Of a stretch of DNA of 64,000 nt, positions 58,799 to 64,000 are shown piece after piece. How positions within the stretch are numbered: the first letter of the stretch is position 1; each line of letters starts with the position of its first letter. Made by a program: the position numbers and the translations under genes. This DNA is from an uncultured Ruminiclostridium sp. GTDB taxonomy: Bacteria; Bacillota; Clostridia; Oscillospirales; Ruminococcaceae. The notes under the pieces are model-generated. The model ran no database searches. It saw only the letters and a list, made by a program, of their open reading frames with translations, and was not told the origin of the DNA. Location: assembly GCA_947624435.1 (NCBI GenBank), contig CANQKE010000009.1:1-64000 (forward strand). Reading direction: 5' to 3'.

Positions 58799-59320
58799 TT
58801 ATTCCTCAGGCTCAAGAACGGCGTAATTGTCGTCCTCGCGCTTATATACAACGTTTATCTCTCCGGTGCTGCCGTTTTTGAACATAAAGAAACTGTGACC
58901 GAGCATATTCATCTGTAAAATGGCCTCGTCCACCGTCATAGGGTGCAGCTTGAACCGTTTATGCTTAACTACCTCGAACTCTACCTGCTCCTCAACGCTG
59001 TCGTCAAAGGTCTCTTTAATGGTGCTGTGCAGCTTTTTCTCGACCTTGGTCTTGTTTTTGCGTATCTGCCTTATTATCCTGTCTATGCAGGCGTCAAGCG
59101 CGGTATTCTTATCCTGCGCCGACTGCTCCGCACGGAAGATAAGACCGCCGCTGCTCAGCGTAAGCTCGCAGATTATCAGGTTTTTCTGACTGGTGAGCGT
59201 TATCCTGTATTCCGCTTCCTCCGGGAAAAATTTATCCAGCTTCGTTTTAAGACGTTTTTCCGCATAATCCGTAAAGGACTGGCTGATTTGAATTTTCTTG
59301 GCGCTGATATTCATTTTCAT
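58799..59320 (-). CDS. hpf: ribosome hibernation promoting factor (long HPF/YfiA)
   Basis: MNISAKKIQISQSFTDYAEKRLK; C-terminal dimerisation domain. Confidence 0.85.
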   Translation of the reverse strand: MKMNISAKKIQISQSFTDYAEKRLKTKLDKFFPEEAEYRITLTSQKNLIICELTLSSGGLIFRAEQSAQDKNTALDACIDRIIRQIRKNKTKVEKKLHSTIKETFDDSVEEQVEFEVVKHKRFKLHPMTVDEAILQMNMLGHSFFMFKNGSTGEINVVYKREDDNYAVLEPEE

Positions 59321-59467
59321 ATTTTTAATCATTCCTTTCCTCGGCGACGCCGTCGGATATTAAGGCTGTTTGCCTTGAAATAATTATAACATATTTATAA
59401 AAAATATACAAGTGTTTTTTGAAAAAACTTTCAAATTTATGCAAATTGCAAACTCTATACAAAATAA

Positions 59468-59491
59468 AGAACGCCCGTAGGCGTTCTTTAA
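59468..59491. terminator. hairpin terminator between hpf and the GH3 gene
   Basis: AAGAACGCC-CGTA-GGCGTTCTT. Confidence 0.5.
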
Positions 59492-59508
59492 GCTGATTAT
59501 CCGGATAT

Positions 59509-61779
59509 TTATTTACGCGGGACTTGCCATTTGCTGCCGCCGAAGTTTTTATTCAGCGATTCGATAGCGGCGTACATCTGTTCGTCGGTTATCCCGCCAA
59601 AGCTGCGTATCTGCCTGAGCGGCATACCGTTCACCATTGCGCGGACAGCCTCAATTTCAAAATTATCGCCGCCCAGCATTCCTTGGGTCACGTTCGGCAG
59701 CAGTATATCCAGCGCTTCCTTGCCCTCGGGGTAGTCCATAAATTCATCGAATGTTGTATTTTCGTGAGCGACGAATGGCAGCTTGACGGTCGCGGTCAGC
59801 TTTAATCCTGCCGAAAGTCTTATGTCGGCGGAAGAACTGCCCGCCATTACCGTATATTTTCCGGTAGGAGCGTACCAGTCGCAAAGCTCTTCGTTATAAT
59901 AGCTGAAGCTGCGCTTGTTCAGCGTAAAGGTGACGGTCTTGCTTTCGCCGGGATCGAGGCATATCTTTTCAAAGCCTTTAAGCTCCTTGACGGGTCTTTT
60001 TGCAAAGCCGGTATTGTCCGCAACATAAAGCTGCACGACCTCTTTTCCGGAACAGCTGCCGGTGTTGGTAACGGTGACGCTTGCGGTAACGGTATCGTTG
60101 TCCGTTATATCGTCGCAGGAGAGCGTAAGGTCGGAATATTCAAACGTTGTATAGGACAGCCCGTGACCGAACGGGAACAGCACGTCCTGCTCTTTCTTTT
60201 CGTAATATCTGTAGCCGACGAAAACGCCCTCGTTATATTCCGCGTGTTCGTTGCCGGGATAGGTAAGATAGCAGGGAGTATCGCTCAGCTTTTTGGGGAA
60301 TGTCTCCGCCAGCTTGCCGCAGGGATTGGCTTTTCCAAACAGGATATCCACCGCCGCTTCTCCGGCTGCCTCTCCGCAAAGATACAGCTCGACGATGGCG
60401 TTTACTCTGTCTGCCCAAGGCATTTCCACCGGAGAACCGTTGTGCAGCACTACTATAACATTGTCCGAAACGTCGCATATCTTCTCGATAAGCTCGTTTT
60501 GAGAATCCGGCAGCTTCATGTGCCTGCGGTCATATCCCTCCGACTCAAAGCTGTCCGGCAGCCCGGCAAAGATCACCGTAGCGTCGCACTTTGACGCAAG
60601 GTCTGTCGCTGCACTCAGCAGGTTAGGGTCGGTCTCGCCGCTCTCGCGGTCAAAGCCTTTAGCGTAGTGAACGTCGCTTATTTTTTCCGCCGCCTCAAGA
60701 GCCGATACCGTTGTTTTGGTATTTATATGGGAACTGCCGCCGCCCTGTATCCTCGGATTTTCGGCAAACTCGCCGATGAACGCGATCTCGATGCTTCTTT
60801 CCGGCAGGGGAAGAGCGCCGTTGTCATTTTTGAGAAGTACGATGCTTTCCCTTGCGAACTGCCGCGCTTTTTCATGATCGCCTTGTATATCCAGCGGCAT
60901 TTTTTCGGGCAGCTCGTCGGCGTATTTGAACACTTTTTCAAGTATGCGCTTTACCGCTTTATCAAGAACCGGTTCGCTCAGCTTTCCGCTCTTTACCGCC
61001 TCGACTATTTTGGCGTCGTTTACTCCTTTGCTGGAGGGCATTTCAAGATCAAGCCCGGCGGCAAGTCCCTCGACGCGGTCGTTCACCGCGCCCCAGTCGG
61101 ACATAACATAACCCTCAAAGCCCCATTCGTCGCGGAGTATCTCGGTCAATGTGTGCTTGTTTTCCGAGCCGTAAACGCCGTTTATGCGGTTGTAGCAGCA
61201 CATTACCGTCCACGGCTGCGCTTTTTTGACGGCGGTCTCAAACGCGGGCATATATATTTCCCGCAGCGTGCGCTCGCTCATATCGGACGAGCAGGTCATT
61301 CTGCGATGCTCCTGGCTGTTCGTTGCGAAATGCTTTATAGAAGTGCCTATGTTCTTGCTTTGCACTCCGTTTATGTAAGCGGCGGACAGCTCTCCCGCAA
61401 GATACGGGTCCTCCGAAACATACTCGAAATTTCTTCCGCACAGCGGCGAACGCTTGATATTCACCGCGGGGCCGAGCAGTACGGATACCCCGGCGCGTTT
61501 ACATTCTTCTCCGAGCGCCTCTCCCATTTCCTCTAACAGTTCTCTGTCAAAAGAGCAGGCGGTAGCGCATGCCGCCGGAAAGCACACCGCTTGTATGCTT
61601 TCGTTGGGATTTTGACTGCCAAGGTCCTGCGTGCGCAGCCCGTGAGGACCGTCGCTTACCATAACGTCGGGTATTCCCAGCCTTTCCACCGCCTTGGTAT
61701 GCCAGAAATCCGCGCCGGAGCAAAGCCCCGCCTTTTCTTCAAGCGTAAGCTCGCTTATAAGTTCGTCGATATTTCTCAT
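59509..61779 (-). CDS. glycoside hydrolase family 3 beta-glucosidase (BglX-like)
   Basis: GH3 N- and C-terminal domains; nucleophile region YVMSDWGAV; fibronectin-III-like C-terminus. Confidence 0.9.
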   Translation of the reverse strand: MRNIDELISELTLEEKAGLCSGADFWHTKAVERLGIPDVMVSDGPHGLRTQDLGSQNPNESIQAVCFPAACATACSFDRELLEEMGEALGEECKRAGVSVLLGPAVNIKRSPLCGRNFEYVSEDPYLAGELSAAYINGVQSKNIGTSIKHFATNSQEHRRMTCSSDMSERTLREIYMPAFETAVKKAQPWTVMCCYNRINGVYGSENKHTLTEILRDEWGFEGYVMSDWGAVNDRVEGLAAGLDLEMPSSKGVNDAKIVEAVKSGKLSEPVLDKAVKRILEKVFKYADELPEKMPLDIQGDHEKARQFARESIVLLKNDNGALPLPERSIEIAFIGEFAENPRIQGGGSSHINTKTTVSALEAAEKISDVHYAKGFDRESGETDPNLLSAATDLASKCDATVIFAGLPDSFESEGYDRRHMKLPDSQNELIEKICDVSDNVIVVLHNGSPVEMPWADRVNAIVELYLCGEAAGEAAVDILFGKANPCGKLAETFPKKLSDTPCYLTYPGNEHAEYNEGVFVGYRYYEKKEQDVLFPFGHGLSYTTFEYSDLTLSCDDITDNDTVTASVTVTNTGSCSGKEVVQLYVADNTGFAKRPVKELKGFEKICLDPGESKTVTFTLNKRSFSYYNEELCDWYAPTGKYTVMAGSSSADIRLSAGLKLTATVKLPFVAHENTTFDEFMDYPEGKEALDILLPNVTQGMLGGDNFEIEAVRAMVNGMPLRQIRSFGGITDEQMYAAIESLNKNFGGSKWQVPRK

Positions 61780-61930
61780 GTCTTTTCTCCTGTTGCTTGT
61801 CTGCTTAAAGCAGTGCTGATATTTATATCAGTATAACACACCCGCGGATTTTTGTCTATATGTTTTTTTGCGGTTTGGAATAATTCCTTTCTCCGGTGCA
61901 AAAATAATGACAGGAAAAGGAGGCAGGTAT

Positions 61931-62065
61931 ATGCAAAAGTATAAAAAAATAATGCTGTTCATGCTGATAGCGGCGGTGCTGTCCACGGGAATATCCGCCT
62001 GCCGAAAGGGCGCGTCGCATGCGTCGGCGTCGGCTGCCGGATATTCTGCTTCGGAAAATTTATAA
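61931..62065 (+). CDS. small putative lipoprotein (44 aa)
   Basis: Strong SD GAAAAGGAGG; MQKYKKIMLFMLIAAVLSTGISAC lipobox. Confidence 0.35.
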   Translation: MQKYKKIMLFMLIAAVLSTGISACRKGASHASASAAGYSASENL

Positions 62066-62069
62066 AAAC

Positions 62070-62098
62070 TATTGACAATTTCTCAAAACGGTGATAAA
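62070..62098 (+). promoter_or_regulatory. promoter TTGACA-17-TAAAAT for the T-box leader and ilvA
   Basis: Exact hexamers. Confidence 0.55.
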
Positions 62099-62104
62099 AT
62101 AACT

Positions 62105-62395
62105 TATGATAAATAAACGCGATGATAAGGACGCTGCGGTAACAGGTCTTTCAGAGAGCCGTTGTTTGGTGTGAAACGGCAGAGCTGCACCGATAAAGCT
62201 ATCACCTTTGAGCGGACGGGCGGAAAGCGCTTAACTGCGTGAGTATGTCTGTACGGGTCCTCCCGTTACAGAGAGGCATATTGATGGATATGCGCTGAGC
62301 GGTCCTTTTTGGACAATAAGAGTGGTAACACGGAGCTTATGTCTTCGCCTCTTTCCGATTTATCGGAAAGGCGGAGATTTTTTATTTTATTTACA
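62105..62395 (+). promoter_or_regulatory. T-box riboswitch leader
   Basis: AG box AGAGAG (62153), GGTGTGAAA distal-loop motif, F-box CCGTTA (62263), T-box-like AATAAGAGTGGTAACACGGAG (62316), terminator CGCCTCTTTCCGA-TTTA-TCGGAAAGGCGGAG plus TTTTTTATTTTATTT (62347-62390). Confidence 0.6.
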
Positions 62396-62412
62396 GAAAG
62401 GGAATACAGAAA

Positions 62413-63609
62413 ATGCTTTCACTTGACAAGGTATACCATGCCGCATTTAAGCTAAAAGAGGTAATAAGGCGCACAGACCTTATATACGCGCCTAAGATCA
62501 GCGATAACGCCGAGGTCTATCTTAAAACCGAAAACCTACAGATAACCGGCTCGTTCAAGGTGAGAGGGGCGTATTATAAAATGTCTACTCTTACCGATGA
62601 AGAAAAAGCAAAGGGAGTTATCGCTTGCAGCGCGGGAAACCACGCACAGGGCGTAGCGCTCGCCGCTCAGAAAAGCGGTATACGTTCTATCATCTGTCTG
62701 CCGGACGGCGCTCCTATCTCAAAGGTAGAGGCTACCAAGAGTTACGGCGCTGAGATCTGTCTGGTAGAGGGGGTATACGATGACGCTTATAAAAAGGCGC
62801 TGCAGCTCAGAGATGAAAAGGGTTACACCTTTATCCACCCGTTTGACGACGAGGACGTTATAGCCGGGCAGGGGACGATAGGGCTGGAGCTTTTGGATCA
62901 GCTCCCCGACGTTGACGCGGTCGTTGTTCCGATAGGCGGCGGCGGACTTATTTCCGGCGTTGCCTACACGCTTAAAACGCTAAAACCGGATATCAAGGTG
63001 TACGGCGTACAGGCGTCCGGCGCTCCGTCGATGGTAGAATCGGTAAAGGACGGAAAAATAGAAACTCTTGACGGCGTTTCCACCATAGCGGATGGCATTG
63101 CCGTAAAAGAACCCGGCGAGCATACTTTCGATTATTGCCGTAAATACGTCGATAAGATAGTAACCGTTACCGACGACGAGATATCCACCGCGATACTTAC
63201 GCTTATCGAACAGCATAAGCTGATAGCCGAGGGCGCGGGAGCGGTTCCGGTGGCGGCGGTCATGTTCGATAAGCTGCCGATAAAGGGCAAAAAAGTCATC
63301 TGCCTTATTTCGGGAGGAAACATAGACGTTACCATTTTGTCCAGAGTGATAAGGCGCGGCTTGCTGAAAAGCGGACGCTCCTATCAGGTGAATATCGCGC
63401 TTATCGACAAGCCCGGCCAGTTAAAGGGCGTTTCCCAGATAATCGCCGACCTTGGCGGAAACGTCACCTCAATACATCATGAACGTTCCAGCGAGGGCTC
63501 GGACGTGAACGGCTGCTATTTGAGGATAGTGCTTGAAACGCGTAATTTTGAACATATAAAACAGATAAAAGACGCACTTACCGATGCAGGCTACTGCATC
63601 GAGCAATAA
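62413..63609 (+). CDS. ilvA: threonine ammonia-lyase (biosynthetic-type, C-terminal ACT-like domain)
   Basis: PLP motif GSFKVRGA; glycine-rich loop; 398 aa. Confidence 0.9.
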   Translation: MLSLDKVYHAAFKLKEVIRRTDLIYAPKISDNAEVYLKTENLQITGSFKVRGAYYKMSTLTDEEKAKGVIACSAGNHAQGVALAAQKSGIRSIICLPDGAPISKVEATKSYGAEICLVEGVYDDAYKKALQLRDEKGYTFIHPFDDEDVIAGQGTIGLELLDQLPDVDAVVVPIGGGGLISGVAYTLKTLKPDIKVYGVQASGAPSMVESVKDGKIETLDGVSTIADGIAVKEPGEHTFDYCRKYVDKIVTVTDDEISTAILTLIEQHKLIAEGAGAVPVAAVMFDKLPIKGKKVICLISGGNIDVTILSRVIRRGLLKSGRSYQVNIALIDKPGQLKGVSQIIADLGGNVTSIHHERSSEGSDVNGCYLRIVLETRNFEHIKQIKDALTDAGYCIEQ

Positions 63610-63637
63610 AAATACATACACGAAAGGAAGAAGATCA

Positions 63638-64000
63638 TGAAAAAGGTTTACACAGACAAAGCGCCGCAGGCGATAGGCCCGTATTCACAGGCGGTAATTT
63701 CGGGAGGACTTATATACACCTCCGGACAGATAGCCATTGACCCGGCTGTAGGAGAGGTGACTGCAAAGGATATCGAAGGTCAGACGCATCAGATAATGAA
63801 GAATCTCGGCGAGATACTTAAAAGCGTCGGAGCGTCGTATGACAATATCATCAAGACGACCTGCTTTCTCGCCGATATGGGAGATTTTGCGGCGTTCAAT
63901 GAGATATACGCTCAGTACATCACCGGAAAGCCCGCGCGTTCCTGCGTTGCAGTAAAAACACTTCCGAAGAATGTGCTTGCGGAAGTGGAAGTTATCGCCG
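63638..64000 (+). CDS. ridA: RidA-family reactive-intermediate (2-aminoacrylate) deaminase, 3' end beyond the window
   Basis: MKKVYTDKAPQAIGPYSQA..CFLADMGDFAAFNEIY; classic ilvA-ridA pairing. Confidence 0.85.

Overview
This 64-kb window looks like the chromosome of a strictly anaerobic, spore-forming member of the Clostridia (Oscillospiraceae/Ruminococcaceae-like), with about 50% GC. Supporting genes are abrB, spmAB, [FeFe]-hydrogenase maturases, rubrerythrin and a flotillin/NfeD pair. Most of it is housekeeping: ruvCAB, glmM, ecfA1A2T-truA, clpE, ppa, maf, feoB, secA, hpf, and ilvA-ridA behind a T-box leader. A few carbohydrate genes are scattered through it (GH2 beta-mannosidase, GH3 beta-glucosidase, AGE epimerase). 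Four things stand out.

- **Giant surface protein (3225..6830).** It carries about 14 tandem 49-aa repeats that are near-identical at the nucleotide level, each with a conserved His-Cys3 (probable zinc-binding) signature. After them come a SEDSTP linker and a C-terminal hydrophobic + RKKK anchor.
- **Direct repeat around a cassette (6790..7057 and 8655..8917).** The repeat is about 260 bp and consists of the anchor coding end, a terminator, a promoter and the first ~26 codons of hydE. It flanks a 1.6-kb cassette holding a second surface-protein gene and a chimeric hydE'-fusion ORF.
- **Recurrent intergenic element.** The core is ...ACTCGAAAGGAGAG-ATGCTTGCTTYGCAAGCAT(GG): a Shine-Dalgarno followed by a perfect GC-rich hairpin containing or abutting the start codon. 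It sits immediately upstream of at least six genes, including feoB and the hydrogenase-maturation operon, and occurs as three tandem 121-bp copies at 42779..43141. One copy shows a compensatory ATG..CAT to GTG..CAC change.
- **Structured leader (14536..14814).** It lies upstream of a degenerate-GGDEF/EAL c-di-GMP gene and is closed by a 26-bp helix with four G.U pairs that is only valid on the + strand RNA.

The hydE gene (8839..9879) is separated by about 43 kb from hydG-hydF (52680..55322). The latter sit behind a TM1266-like regulator gene and a leader with a terminator-like hairpin.
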